DNA of 39,739 nucleotides from a virus (Duplodnaviria; Caudoviricetes), in the IMG/VR virus record IMGVR_UViG_3300044477_000051, positions 1 through 39,739 of that record. One strand, 5' to 3'. Each line of letters starts with the position of its first letter. The first letter of the stretch is position 1. The position numbers and the translations under genes were made by a program. The notes beneath the pieces are model-generated. The model was not told the origin of the DNA, did no database searches, and saw only the letters and a list, made by a program, of their open reading frames with translations. Shown one piece after another: positions 7,588-17,433 of this stretch.

Positions 7588-8205
7588 ATGAGCGAAAAAG
7601 AATTAGGTGAGCCTAAGTCTGTTAAGGCAGACAAAGTAATGAAGTCCGGTGAAAGTAACGAAGGTGGTACTAAGGAACTTAGCGGGACTACAGTCTATTT
7701 CAAGGCTGGTGATTCGGATGAGAAGCTGGTAGTTTGGGATTCAGCAGGGGCTAACATCGTCTTTGATCTTCAGAGTTTTAGGGAGATTGATGACGAGGTT
7801 TTAGACAGGTTGAGCCGGAAGGTTCAAAGGGATTATGACAGAGCGATTGGTGCGTTACAGGCAATGAATGTAAAGCCTAAGCACGAAGTCTTTTTGGCAG
7901 AACCCTATGATCTGAATGGTACAGTGTCTTACCAGTTTAGTGAGGAGCCAGGTTGGCATAATACGCTGATTCGGGCTGCTGACAAAGACAAGTTTGAGAA
8001 GCTTGGCTACGAAGTAGTTAAGACTGCTGAAACGAAAGAAGGTAAGGCCGTTATGATTGAGATGCGGATAGACGAAGGTCGTTATCGTGCAACTCTTCAT
8101 AATGATTCTCGGAAGAGCGAAGCACAGCTCAAAGGGACAGCCGATCGACTGAAGGACAAGGTGCACGAAGTCAGAGACAAAGTGCGTGTCATTGAAGAAG
8201 ATTAG
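7588..8205 (+). CDS. Hypothetical head-module protein
   Basis: Abuts the scaffold stop; codon style matches the operon. Confidence 0.7.
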   Translation: MSEKELGEPKSVKADKVMKSGESNEGGTKELSGTTVYFKAGDSDEKLVVWDSAGANIVFDLQSFREIDDEVLDRLSRKVQRDYDRAIGALQAMNVKPKHEVFLAEPYDLNGTVSYQFSEEPGWHNTLIRAADKDKFEKLGYEVVKTAETKEGKAVMIEMRIDEGRYRATLHNDSRKSEAQLKGTADRLKDKVHEVRDKVRVIEED

Positions 8206-8227
8206 TCTAAAACGTAATGATGTGAAG

Positions 8228-8257
8228 AGGCCCGCCTAAAAGGTGGGCTTTATTTTT
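8228..8257 (+). terminator. Intrinsic terminator-like hairpin before the capsid genes
   Basis: AGGCCCGCCT-AAA-AGGTGGGCTT then TATTTTT. Confidence 0.6.
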
Positions 8258-8271
8258 GTAAGGAGGTTATT

Positions 8272-8733
8272 ATGGCTAATCCTGATACGCCTAATGGAGC
8301 AAGTTTGTTCAGATGCGATCTGCCGTCTATTCCAACGAAGTCTGAGATTTTGAAGAATGGAGTTACGATTGCTAAGGGCGACTTTCTCATTGTTGGGACT
8401 GATGGTTTTCTCACCATAGCTGTGGCTGCTTCACCCGATCTTTACGGTGTGGCGAATTATGCGGCAACTGGTGACGGTTCTACCAAGATTCTGTATACAC
8501 CGGCTCTTCCTGGTCTGACTTGGGAAATGCAGTGCTCCGGTACTGGTGCTCAGACAGACATTGGTGAGGCTGTGGACTTGGAAGGTACTACGGGCATTAT
8601 GGAAATCAATGAGGACGCTAACTCGACGAAGGTTCTCAAGATTATTGAAAAACACCCGGATTCTGCTTATGGCGCGAACACAAGATTCATTGTGGCCGTA
8701 AACAAGAGCGGTTGGGTTTCTGCGTCTGCTTAA
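8272..8733 (+). CDS. Probable capsid decoration/cement protein
   Basis: MANPDTPNG N-terminus and small beta-rich sequence (IAKGDFLIV..GVA..WEMQC) directly upstream of the MCP; AAGGAGG RBS. Confidence 0.6.
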   Translation: MANPDTPNGASLFRCDLPSIPTKSEILKNGVTIAKGDFLIVGTDGFLTIAVAASPDLYGVANYAATGDGSTKILYTPALPGLTWEMQCSGTGAQTDIGEAVDLEGTTGIMEINEDANSTKVLKIIEKHPDSAYGANTRFIVAVNKSGWVSASA

Positions 8734-8754
8734 TAAGGAAGGAGGAATAATAGT

Positions 8755-9660
8755 ATGGGAAATCTGATTACTAGTAAGACGTACTCCTATCTGACTTCGA
8801 GAGATGCAGATAGAGTGTACATGGAAGGTCTGACTGAGAAACCTGCACAGTGGTCGAGTATCTTTAAGAAAAAGACCATGGATGGCTATGACTATGTTGA
8901 AAGAAATTTCAGTGGTCTTGGCTATATGCAGGAAACCTATGAAGGTGCAACTTTCATTTTGGATGAAATGAAACAGGGAAATGTGAAGAGGGTTTACTCT
9001 ACTAAACGTTCCTTGGGAATTGAAACCACTGAAGAAGCGGAAGCTGACGACAGATGGGGAATCATCAAGCAGTTGCCTGCGGAACTTGGAAGAAGCGCTG
9101 CCGCAACTGACGAGTTGATTGCCTTCTTGAATCTCAATCAGGCTTTTGCTGGCCCGAGAGTTGGTATTGACAGTGTGTATCTGTGTTCGGCGTCACACCC
9201 GTACATTGGTTCTGCGACTGTTCAGAGCAACCTTGTGACTGGGGCTTTGGGTGTTTCCACTTTGCAGGACGGGCTTAATAAGATGAACAATCTGAAGCTG
9301 TCCAATGGAAGACCTGCTCTTGCGAGAGCTGACATTCTGTTGGTTGCTGCCGGTTCTGACAACTACTGGATTGCCAAAGACTTGACGAAGAATGAGTTCA
9401 AGTACCAGAGCGCCGATAGAGATCTTAATCCGTTTACTGGGGAAGGTCTGACGATGGTGGCTGTTGACTGGCTGTCAACCAATACGAATTGGTTCTTGCT
9501 GGATTCTAAGCTGCATGATCTGACGATGTTCACCAGAATGGAAAACAAAAAGACTTCTGGCGTTGACCCGAGAAACGGTAACTCTTTCATGAGCTACAAA
9601 CATCGGAAGACTGCGGACTTCTTCAACTGGCAGGGTGTTGTTGGCTCCACTGGAGCGTAA
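8755..9660 (+). CDS. Major capsid protein (HK97 fold, Mu gpT-like family)
   Basis: 301 aa; 'FSGLG..TYEG', 'ETTEEAEADD', 'ELGRSA', 'LCSASHP', 'WFLLD' and terminal 'WQGVVGSTGA' are typical of this MCP group. Confidence 0.88.
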   Translation: MGNLITSKTYSYLTSRDADRVYMEGLTEKPAQWSSIFKKKTMDGYDYVERNFSGLGYMQETYEGATFILDEMKQGNVKRVYSTKRSLGIETTEEAEADDRWGIIKQLPAELGRSAAATDELIAFLNLNQAFAGPRVGIDSVYLCSASHPYIGSATVQSNLVTGALGVSTLQDGLNKMNNLKLSNGRPALARADILLVAAGSDNYWIAKDLTKNEFKYQSADRDLNPFTGEGLTMVAVDWLSTNTNWFLLDSKLHDLTMFTRMENKKTSGVDPRNGNSFMSYKHRKTADFFNWQGVVGSTGA

Positions 9661-9669
9661 GGAGGAATT

Positions 9670-9939
9670 ATGCCAAATACACATTTTTCCAACCTTAATC
9701 TGAAGTTTACAACTGTTGCTGGAAGAAATGGTGCTGGCACTGTTACTGTAGCCGGTGTGGAAGTAGGGGACAAGCTTTTAGCTGTCCTCGCTATCCCGAT
9801 AGCTACTGGAGTAATGGCAGAGGACATAACTGCTTCTTGCTCTGTAACTGCTGCTAACACGATTACTAGTGCAGACGCTTCGGATTACAGTACTGGACAC
9901 TTCTTGTTCATTGTTTATTTGGATAAGAACGCGACTTAA
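9670..9939 (+). CDS. Small beta-rich virion protein (possible head decoration)
   Basis: GGAGG RBS; 'TVTVAGVEVGDKL..VTAANTIT' pattern. Confidence 0.6.
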   Translation: MPNTHFSNLNLKFTTVAGRNGAGTVTVAGVEVGDKLLAVLAIPIATGVMAEDITASCSVTAANTITSADASDYSTGHFLFIVYLDKNAT

Positions 9940-9948
9940 TAATTGGAA

Positions 9949-9977
9949 ATGCTGGTCGAAAGGCCAGCATGCTTTTC
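9949..9977 (+). terminator. Hairpin after the capsid genes
   Basis: ATGCTGGTC-GAAA-GGCCAGCAT then GCTTTT (weak U-tract). Confidence 0.55.
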
Positions 9978-9995
9978 CCTCCCCCAGAGGTACTT

Positions 9996-10346
9996 ATGTT
10001 TGAACAAGAACTTATTGCAGAGAACGCGGTACTTCAATCAGAAACGCTTGTAGATGGACTTGTTACAAAGACTTATAGTTGTTTCTCAACAGATGGGGTT
10101 TTGACGAGGACGGTAGAAATTAGTAATCCGAATGGATCGTGGATTTGGAAGGATACTTCTCCGTACGCGACATCAACAACAAATTATGGAAGTTGGACGC
10201 TTATGGAAAAATACCCTGAGAAAGGTGAGAAAGGAAGGCTCTGCCCTATTTGTGGAGAAACTTTTCCTGAAAGCCGATTTGTTACTGTGAAGGGAAGACG
10301 ACTTTGTATTCCGAATAAGTGCTTTACGGAGGTTAGACAGCTATGA
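9996..10346 (+). CDS. Hypothetical protein with C-terminal Zn-finger-like motif
   Basis: GAGG RBS, ATG 9996; CPIC...C....C; ATGA overlap with the next gene. Confidence 0.65.
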   Translation: MFEQELIAENAVLQSETLVDGLVTKTYSCFSTDGVLTRTVEISNPNGSWIWKDTSPYATSTTNYGSWTLMEKYPEKGEKGRLCPICGETFPESRFVTVKGRRLCIPNKCFTEVRQL

Positions 10347-11479
10347 CATATCAAGAAATGGCTGAAGATGCTTGGGATTCTTTTGGAAGAAATACCGATC
10401 TCCCAATCTATGCAACTCCAAATACTCCTACAACATTTGATTGGGCCTTAACCGGCTCAACCAAAATCCTCCGCTACATTAGAAATGCTGAACTTTCTCT
10501 TGCCTCAGCAATAGATAAGCGAGGCAAGAAGCTTATTTGGAAACACCTTTGCGAACACCGTTATTTTAAGTTTGCTCATTTGTTCGATGGAACGGCTTTT
10601 ACTTGGACAACGAAAGCACCGGGAATTACTGGAGCCTTTAATCAAGAAGACCCACCTACAACTGGTTCATTTACTGATCCCTTTGGTAATGTGCCAAAAA
10701 TGTACTTATCGCTCCTTGCTACTGAAGCGACTGTTGCAAACAGAATCAATACTTTTCTCGATAATGCTTCATTGAAAGACTATGTACTTACAATAACCGC
10801 TGGAGCAGGAGCTGGGCAATCTCGATTAATTGTTGATTCTGCTCTGGTAACTGGTGCTCTTGTTTGTGCAATCAATAAAGATTGGGACACTCTACCAGAC
10901 GCTACTTCTCGTTATAAGCTTTATCGAAATTGGATTGGCTTTAATGAAGTTGCAGTTGCCTACTCCGGCTTCTACAATTTGGTTGGAACTCCGCAGAGCT
11001 ATGAGGATAATCTTCCACTTTCAACTGTTACTCAGCTTGATACTGTATTGAAGATTGTTGAAATGGAAAATGGTTCTGAAATAGAATACGGATTCTCTGG
11101 TGACTCTTATGATAATATTGTACAGGGAACTCCTTCTACTCCGGCAGCTTGGGCCATAGTGGGAAACAGAATTGTGTTTGATTCTCTGGTTGATCCGAGT
11201 ATCACGTTTAAGTTTGAGTGTGTTATGAAGCCGAGAGTGTTTGTTCCGGCTACTGATGCAGCTATTGATACTCTTAATAGGCCAGATTTTCCTGAGCAAT
11301 GGCATCAAGTTATTTTGGCTAAAGTTATTGAGAAGTTGTTTTGTTCTGTGCCTGAGCCTGAGTTTGCAAGTTACTGGGGATCTCAGTACGATAATCAGTT
11401 AATCGAACTTCAGAATGATGGGTCGCTTCTTGCGATGAGAATGAATTATGGAAGAATAGAGGTGGACAATGGGAACTAA
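10343..11479 (+). CDS. Probable head-tail adaptor (tail tubular protein A-like) with inserted domain
   Basis: N-terminal 'MTYQEM..ILRYIRNAE' and C-terminal 'PDFPEQWHQVIL..A..W..QY' adaptor motifs; position after the capsid. Confidence 0.65.
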   Translation: MTYQEMAEDAWDSFGRNTDLPIYATPNTPTTFDWALTGSTKILRYIRNAELSLASAIDKRGKKLIWKHLCEHRYFKFAHLFDGTAFTWTTKAPGITGAFNQEDPPTTGSFTDPFGNVPKMYLSLLATEATVANRINTFLDNASLKDYVLTITAGAGAGQSRLIVDSALVTGALVCAINKDWDTLPDATSRYKLYRNWIGFNEVAVAYSGFYNLVGTPQSYEDNLPLSTVTQLDTVLKIVEMENGSEIEYGFSGDSYDNIVQGTPSTPAAWAIVGNRIVFDSLVDPSITFKFECVMKPRVFVPATDAAIDTLNRPDFPEQWHQVILAKVIEKLFCSVPEPEFASYWGSQYDNQLIELQNDGSLLAMRMNYGRIEVDNGN

Positions 11480-12242
11480 ATCGGATACGCAAAATGCAGC
11501 TTGGCTTCTTAAGCCGGCTGATAGTGACTCTCTTAATCAGGCCGATGATGAGATTCGCTCCACTAGACGAGTTCAACAGGAGCGTATTGCTGAAGAACAC
11601 GTTAATCTTGTAACAACTCCAACTAACGATCAGGGTGTTCATAAGCCCGGTTCAGCCATCATCTACACTGGAACTTCTTTTCCAACTAAAAGACCGGACG
11701 GAGTTACATCATTCACGACTGCCCTCGACAAAGGCAGACTCTTTGTAAATACCTCAACTGGTGTTCAATACGTTCTTCTGACCGCCGATGGCGCAGACAA
11801 CAATGTCTGGGGCGCAATAACTTCGTCTTCTTCCTTTGGAGACTTCGATGTTGGTGGTGACTTGAATGTCGCAACAGATGGAGTGATTGGAAGAAACTTA
11901 GAGGTTGGAGGAAACATAAATACTGTCGGTGGCTATACAAAGAACGGTGAAGCATTTATAGGGTTTAGAGGAAATATTTCTCTTTTAAGTACAGCCACAG
12001 AAGCTACAGCGTACACGGCTATTTCTACAGCGTCTTTATCTAGGAAACCCGTATTTGGATATTTTGGTGATGTCCCCGGTGGAGGTAATTGGTTAATGGG
12101 CTTAGGGTCAATAGATTATGGGCAGGTTACTCTTTACTATTCTTACATTAACAGTGGTGCTTTTACACTAGGCTCAAAGCTTATAAGAGAAGGTAACGCG
12201 ACTCAGATAGGTAAAGTTTTAAATCTTTTCTGGCTTTATTAA
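11469..12242 (+). CDS. Putative tail fibre/virion appendage protein
   Basis: N-terminal 'KPADSD..ADDEIR..QERIAEEH' anchor-type motif, then 'GDFDVGGDLNV..GRNLEVGGNI' beta repeats. Confidence 0.6.
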   Translation: MGTKSDTQNAAWLLKPADSDSLNQADDEIRSTRRVQQERIAEEHVNLVTTPTNDQGVHKPGSAIIYTGTSFPTKRPDGVTSFTTALDKGRLFVNTSTGVQYVLLTADGADNNVWGAITSSSSFGDFDVGGDLNVATDGVIGRNLEVGGNINTVGGYTKNGEAFIGFRGNISLLSTATEATAYTAISTASLSRKPVFGYFGDVPGGGNWLMGLGSIDYGQVTLYYSYINSGAFTLGSKLIREGNATQIGKVLNLFWLY

Positions 12243-12260
12243 AAATAATTGGAGGTCTGA

Positions 12261-12560
12261 ATGGAAGCGGAGTGCGAGTTACAACTGAAAGAGATTGTTC
12301 AACCGATTAAAGATCGCCTCTACATTGTGGAGACTTCCATTAATGGGAATGGAACAAAGGGTTTGCGAGATAGGATGGACGATATGGAAGTAGCTGTTAA
12401 AGAAGGATTTGAAGAGCTGAAGACTCTTATTGATGACAGGCTGAAGCCACGAAGTAAGAGCGACAATGCGAAGTTTAAATTGAAGACGGCTATTTATGCA
12501 GGAGCAATTACGTCGGGAACGGCGATAATTATGAAATTGATTGATGTGTTTTTTCTATAG
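12261..12560 (+). CDS. Holin-like membrane protein (coiled coil plus C-terminal TM)
   Basis: 'INGNGTKGL..R' motif, coiled coil and a hydrophobic C-terminus. Confidence 0.45.
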   Translation: MEAECELQLKEIVQPIKDRLYIVETSINGNGTKGLRDRMDDMEVAVKEGFEELKTLIDDRLKPRSKSDNAKFKLKTAIYAGAITSGTAIIMKLIDVFFL

Positions 12561-12569
12561 GAGGTAACT

Positions 12570-13724
12570 ATGCTGGGAACAGGAACTGGGGCTGATGCCG
12601 TTACGGATTACGATCATATATTGATCCATGAGAAAAGAAAATACAGTATTTCGCTGAAGCCGCCTTCAACAGTGGCGGCTGCTGGAACTTACGCTATTGG
12701 GTTTCACACTCCAGCTAAGGGAACAAGGAAGGAACTTCTTCACATGAGGATTCCTTCTCCTTTCTCTAGTGCGAACTTAGGACAACTTCAGTTGTTTGAA
12801 GGCCGTGGTTGGACGGGTGGCACAATCACAGCATATCCGGTAAATAACTTTAGACATAGAGAGTATGTGGCTGATCCTACAAATACAACTGACACATCTA
12901 ATCAGCTTGATTTGTCCGGTGTTAAGTTTGTCTATGGTGGTACTGCTATCGCTGCTGCTGTTGGAACTCCAATGTTAGCTGCAACTGCCGGTGGTAACTT
13001 TGCCAATCAGCCTGCCGGAGACTCAGTAGAAGTTGTTTCAAACAGTGCTGCTGACGTGGGGATTATTGCAACAATCTATGGAACAATCACTGGGGCAACA
13101 ACCACAATTACGACGGAAACGGTTACACTCAATGGAACAACCGCAGTAGCAACGACTGCTACAACTTGGCAGAACATCCTCGGAGTGGAACTAAGTCGGG
13201 CTGCTGCTGGAACAATTACTTTCAGGGAAGGTTCTGGAGACTTAGCTATCACTACGATCACCGCTGGAAACCTTAGCGCAGGTGTAACAACAACTCTTAC
13301 AAGTAAGAATGCTAAAGGTGGGGTTCCACTTCATGATGCTTCAGCGGCCTCTACGGCACCTGTAGGGTTGATTGGCGATGATGGTAGAGGAACTGCAATC
13401 ACTTCAGTGGCCGCTCTTAATGGAACAACTGAAGAAGCCCACGGGACAATCGCCTTTGTCAACGTGACCAAAGTGCTGGTGGGAGCTGTTGCTTCTTCTG
13501 TAAACGTTACGATTGCTGCGCCATTCCCGATCATCTATGATTCTCAGATGGGAACCGCTGGAGCAGGAGCTACTGGTCTTGGTGGTAGTGGCCCAACTGC
13601 CTCTGAAGAACGAGTACTTGAGTTCGATACAGATTATTTGTTTGTCTGGACAAACATTGGAGCTACCACTGCTACTCAGTTCTATGGTACATTCAGCTTC
13701 TATACAGAGGGGTATAATAAGTAA
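12570..13724 (+). CDS. Thr/Ala/Gly-rich virion structural protein
   Basis: Composition and duplicated 'TLNGTT/ALNGTT' module; position among tail genes. Confidence 0.65.
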   Translation: MLGTGTGADAVTDYDHILIHEKRKYSISLKPPSTVAAAGTYAIGFHTPAKGTRKELLHMRIPSPFSSANLGQLQLFEGRGWTGGTITAYPVNNFRHREYVADPTNTTDTSNQLDLSGVKFVYGGTAIAAAVGTPMLAATAGGNFANQPAGDSVEVVSNSAADVGIIATIYGTITGATTTITTETVTLNGTTAVATTATTWQNILGVELSRAAAGTITFREGSGDLAITTITAGNLSAGVTTTLTSKNAKGGVPLHDASAASTAPVGLIGDDGRGTAITSVAALNGTTEEAHGTIAFVNVTKVLVGAVASSVNVTIAAPFPIIYDSQMGTAGAGATGLGGSGPTASEERVLEFDTDYLFVWTNIGATTATQFYGTFSFYTEGYNK

Positions 13725-14311
13725 TGGGTGCCAAATATTGGAATGACATAAACCGATATTCTCAGCAAAACAACAATAGTTCGGAGAAGATGGCGGGTCA
13801 CTTGGAAACTTGTGGCCCGACTTCTGCCATAAACTGTTATGATGCACTTCACTTGGTTCCTGCTAAACCTGCAACCTTTGGGGGAGGGGAGATGCAGCCG
13901 GAAGATGCCCTGGCAAACGTTATGAACAACACTCCAAAGTATTCGGCTGAACTTGAGAAGATTAGGCAGGGTATCTGGAAGACTCTCCCAGTAAACGAAG
14001 TACCGCAGTATTATCCGTACTTTGCAAAGCTCTGTCTGAAAGCCAGATGTGAAATGATGTGGGACGGAAACCTCTTCAACTACAAGTCTCACCTAGACAA
14101 AGGCTATGCTCTGATGGTCTGTCTAAAGAAGCCGGGTCATTACGTCTGCCTGAAGAATTATGACAATGCTGGTCGGTTCTTCTATGCGAATGATCCGTAC
14201 AATGGAAGAGATGGAATTGACGGTTTCAATAGACATTTTAGTTTTGACGAGATTGAATCTAACACAGAGAGCTGGTATCTCTTGTGGTATCCAGAGGAAC
14301 ACGATTATTAA
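13724..14311 (+). CDS. C39-like cysteine peptidase, candidate endolysin
   Basis: YSQQNN..TCGPTSA (Cys), GHYV (His), ANDPY (Asp) papain-like triad. Confidence 0.75.
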   Translation: MGAKYWNDINRYSQQNNNSSEKMAGHLETCGPTSAINCYDALHLVPAKPATFGGGEMQPEDALANVMNNTPKYSAELEKIRQGIWKTLPVNEVPQYYPYFAKLCLKARCEMMWDGNLFNYKSHLDKGYALMVCLKKPGHYVCLKNYDNAGRFFYANDPYNGRDGIDGFNRHFSFDEIESNTESWYLLWYPEEHDY

Positions 14312-14321
14312 GGGGAACTAG

Positions 14322-15254
14322 ATGGAAACAACTAGTAAGAAAGCATTAGAGCAAGATCAAAGCTTCGAAGGGAAGTTTCCCTTCGAGGCAGTTGAATATG
14401 AATCTATTACTCGAACTGCTACTCCCAAAATAATTCTTAATGGCTACAACTGGAGACTGGACACAGACTTACTTCCTACTACTGATGGTCATTCAACAGA
14501 TGGCCTTCTCTGGAGCAATGGTGGAATAATCTGCTTAAACAACTTTGCTCTTCCAACTACCGATCCCGGACACACAAGCCGACTTTGGAGTTCAGGCAGT
14601 AAAGTAGTATTATCTGGATTTATTGAACCTGAAGTTCCGAGTGTTATTAGGCTAGCTAATAAAAGTATTGCATCTGTAAGTCAGACAACAGATTTGTCTG
14701 TCTATATTGATGGTGGATCTAGCGAGTTAGCTGATAATTCTGAAGTATGGGTTTACTATTCAGGTGGAGTTGCAGCTCGTACTTGTTCTCATACATTCAC
14801 TGGAACAGGTTACACAATAAACGGTGCGGCTATCACTACATATACTGGCTACACTTATGGCTGGTTTAGACTCCAGTTGGATAAAGCGAATGATGATTTT
14901 CGTATTATTGATAGTGACTGGATATGGGAACAAACCTCATCAGGCGCACTTGCGTTAAATACTACTTTCACTTTTGCACACGGACTTGGATCAATCCCAA
15001 AACAATACGAGGTGTATATTGTTTGTACTTCTACTGATTTGGGTTACGCAGTAGGGGACGAATTAGATGTTTCTAGTACTCCCAATTACACTAGATCCGG
15101 AGTTGGTGAATACGTTCATGCCACTTACGCTGATGCAACAAACGTCGGTTTAATTGTAGGGAATAGCGCGGGCTTTTATGCGGTTAATAAGTCAACTAGG
15201 GGTGAAGGAACGGTTACTGTTTCTAAGTGGAAAGTAAGAGTTCGCTACAAATAA
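14322..15254 (+). CDS. Putative tail fibre/receptor-binding protein
   Basis: Two LPTTD..LW.xG repeats; C-terminal 'FAHGLGSIP..C...DLGYAVGDE..WKVRVR' fibre-tip domain. Confidence 0.7.
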   Translation: METTSKKALEQDQSFEGKFPFEAVEYESITRTATPKIILNGYNWRLDTDLLPTTDGHSTDGLLWSNGGIICLNNFALPTTDPGHTSRLWSSGSKVVLSGFIEPEVPSVIRLANKSIASVSQTTDLSVYIDGGSSELADNSEVWVYYSGGVAARTCSHTFTGTGYTINGAAITTYTGYTYGWFRLQLDKANDDFRIIDSDWIWEQTSSGALALNTTFTFAHGLGSIPKQYEVYIVCTSTDLGYAVGDELDVSSTPNYTRSGVGEYVHATYADATNVGLIVGNSAGFYAVNKSTRGEGTVTVSKWKVRVRYK

Positions 15255-15274
15255 GGGGGATTAAGGAGGCTATT

Positions 15275-15571
15275 ATGGATTTATTTGTTTCTTGTTTTAT
15301 TGGAGCACTGTTTGTTATGTCTGTTATTCAGGTGGCAAAACAATGGATTACTTTGGAAGGGAAGGTATGGGCACTAATTGCAATACCCCTCTACATTGTA
15401 ATTGGGATTGTCAATTCATTTGAGATTCCCTATGCTCTACTTATTGAATTGATTTTTGCTATCGGACAGTTAGGTTATGACGTTCTGATTAAACCAGTCC
15501 TTACCATGATAGAGAATATGGGAACTGGCTTAACAGAGGCAGTCAAGAAATCTGTAAAGAAAAGGAAGTGA
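15275..15571 (+). CDS. Probable holin (about 3 TM segments, basic C-terminus)
   Basis: AAGGAGG RBS, ATG 15275; hydrophobic segments, 'QLGYDVLIK' and a KKSVKKRK tail. Confidence 0.7.
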   Translation: MDLFVSCFIGALFVMSVIQVAKQWITLEGKVWALIAIPLYIVIGIVNSFEIPYALLIELIFAIGQLGYDVLIKPVLTMIENMGTGLTEAVKKSVKKRK

Positions 15572-15574
15572 TCT

Positions 15575-17422
15575 ATGCCCTCTTACCAGTCGAGACAAAA
15601 CAACTTTTCAGTTCGTCCCCTTACGGAAGGAATGGTTGTGGATACTCCTCCAAACATGATAGGTAAGGGGGCTTTTTCTTATCTCAACAATTACTTCGTA
15701 AATGAGAAAGGCCTAAAGAAAAGACCCGGAATTTCCTACTCCAACTACGGAGTCTCAATAGCTCTCGCGCCTCCAATCAACTTCCTTACAACTCTCGGCA
15801 CTCAAGCCGGAGATGAACTAACACTTCTTGCTGACAGCAAATACCTCTACAAAGTAACAACAGCAGGCCTTGTCCCAATCTATGACGAATACACAACCGG
15901 CACAGTTACAGCTCTCACAGACGGAGGAACCTATACTGGAGTAACCGGCAACGCTACAGCTTGGGGTGGTGGTGGAGACTATGACTTGATGCCTGGAGAT
16001 GAAATGCTCATCTACAACGGCGCAACCTTAGTCCTTTCATCTACAATCCAAACAGTTACAGATGCAACACACATTCGGCTAACAGCCACTGGTACAACTC
16101 CAGTAGGCCCGGTCTCCTACACCTACATAATCAGAAGACTCTTTGTAAATCCGAATAACGAATATCTTGACTACTGCGAAGCCTATGTAGAAGGAGTCAA
16201 TTATATCCTAATTACCGACAACAATCGTTATGTGCGAATGACAGATGGCTCAACCTTTACTCGCTTCGCTCCTAACTATGACTTTGTATGTAAGTTTGTT
16301 GCCTACTTTGGAGACAGAGTTTGGCTTGGTCACTTAATCATGGACGGCTCATATTGGAAAGATCGCTACACTTGGTCACGTGCACTCAACAAACAGATAT
16401 TCGACGCTGAAGCTCTAGAAGATAAACCAGAAACAGTTGGAACTCTAGTAAAACTTCTTCCACTTGGAAAGAAACTAGTAGCCTACTATGAAGATGCAAT
16501 CTTTATTGGAACTCCTTCAAATAGATCTGATCTACCTTATATCTTTAAACGTGTAGAATCAGGCGGAGTTGGAATTGCAGGAATCCACTGTGTAACCTCA
16601 ACCCCTCTTGGCCATTTCTTTGTAGGTCAAAGCAACGTTTATGTCCTCACAGAAGATGAACAACTCTATCCTCTTGAATCAGGCGTAATGGAAACTTACA
16701 TTCCAACCTGTCATTATCCAGCCCACACCTCAGTCTTATGCGACGCATACAACGATCAAATAGTTATCGGCCTACCATCAGACTCCTCTCTCGATATCTC
16801 CCGTTGGTTCACGTACAACTGGCGTTTAAAGGCTTGGAGCCAATTCACTTACCTCGCTCAATCAGCCTCTCTAATCAAGATGGCGAGCACAGTCACCTAC
16901 GCTTCAATGGGAGCTGGCGACACCTATGCCTCATTTCCTCTCTCAGTTACCTACGCAAACATAGGCCGTTCCTCAGACCTTGCCACAATCTACTTTGGAG
17001 TAAATGAATCAATCTCTTACCTCACAAAAGATGCGGCAGCCGATAATGGAACAACAGCTATCGTCGCTCAATTCGCCACTCCATCGTTTGACACAGACAG
17101 ACCGGATGAAAGAAAGACATTTACTCGGCTCTCAATTCGACTTTCAGAGCCATCAACAATTCCTCTTAACTTCGATATATCAGCTTCAATAGACGAGTAC
17201 AACTACCTAACCGGAGACGGCCTTCTAATCCCTCTTGGAACTCTCACAATCGAGGCTGGCCGATTAGAAGGTTTTATCAACTTTAAGATGACAGCTTCAA
17301 CACTAGAGTTCCACGCGACTCAAACAATCTCAGATGCTCCCTACCACATTAGGGAATACGTGATTACGATACTCCAGAGAGGGGTTGAAAAAGTTCAATC
17401 AATCCTCTATGGTTCACTTTAA
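15575..17422 (+). CDS. Tail nozzle/hub (tail tubular protein B, P22 gp10-like beta-propeller)
   Basis: N-terminal 'GM..D.PP..I....F....NY....GLKKRPG', 'FGDRVW..YTWS' and C-terminal 'FDTDRPDERKTF' pattern. Confidence 0.75.
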   Translation: MPSYQSRQNNFSVRPLTEGMVVDTPPNMIGKGAFSYLNNYFVNEKGLKKRPGISYSNYGVSIALAPPINFLTTLGTQAGDELTLLADSKYLYKVTTAGLVPIYDEYTTGTVTALTDGGTYTGVTGNATAWGGGGDYDLMPGDEMLIYNGATLVLSSTIQTVTDATHIRLTATGTTPVGPVSYTYIIRRLFVNPNNEYLDYCEAYVEGVNYILITDNNRYVRMTDGSTFTRFAPNYDFVCKFVAYFGDRVWLGHLIMDGSYWKDRYTWSRALNKQIFDAEALEDKPETVGTLVKLLPLGKKLVAYYEDAIFIGTPSNRSDLPYIFKRVESGGVGIAGIHCVTSTPLGHFFVGQSNVYVLTEDEQLYPLESGVMETYIPTCHYPAHTSVLCDAYNDQIVIGLPSDSSLDISRWFTYNWRLKAWSQFTYLAQSASLIKMASTVTYASMGAGDTYASFPLSVTYANIGRSSDLATIYFGVNESISYLTKDAAADNGTTAIVAQFATPSFDTDRPDERKTFTRLSIRLSEPSTIPLNFDISASIDEYNYLTGDGLLIPLGTLTIEAGRLEGFINFKMTASTLEFHATQTISDAPYHIREYVITILQRGVEKVQSILYGSL

Positions 17423-17433
17423 AGGAGGACACA

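Noticed and set aside
9658-9672. MCP stop in frame with the next small gene (possible readthrough capsid extension)
   Set aside because: The stop is TAA, the downstream gene has its own GGAGG RBS, no slippery site is seen, and in-frame spacing has a 1-in-3 chance.
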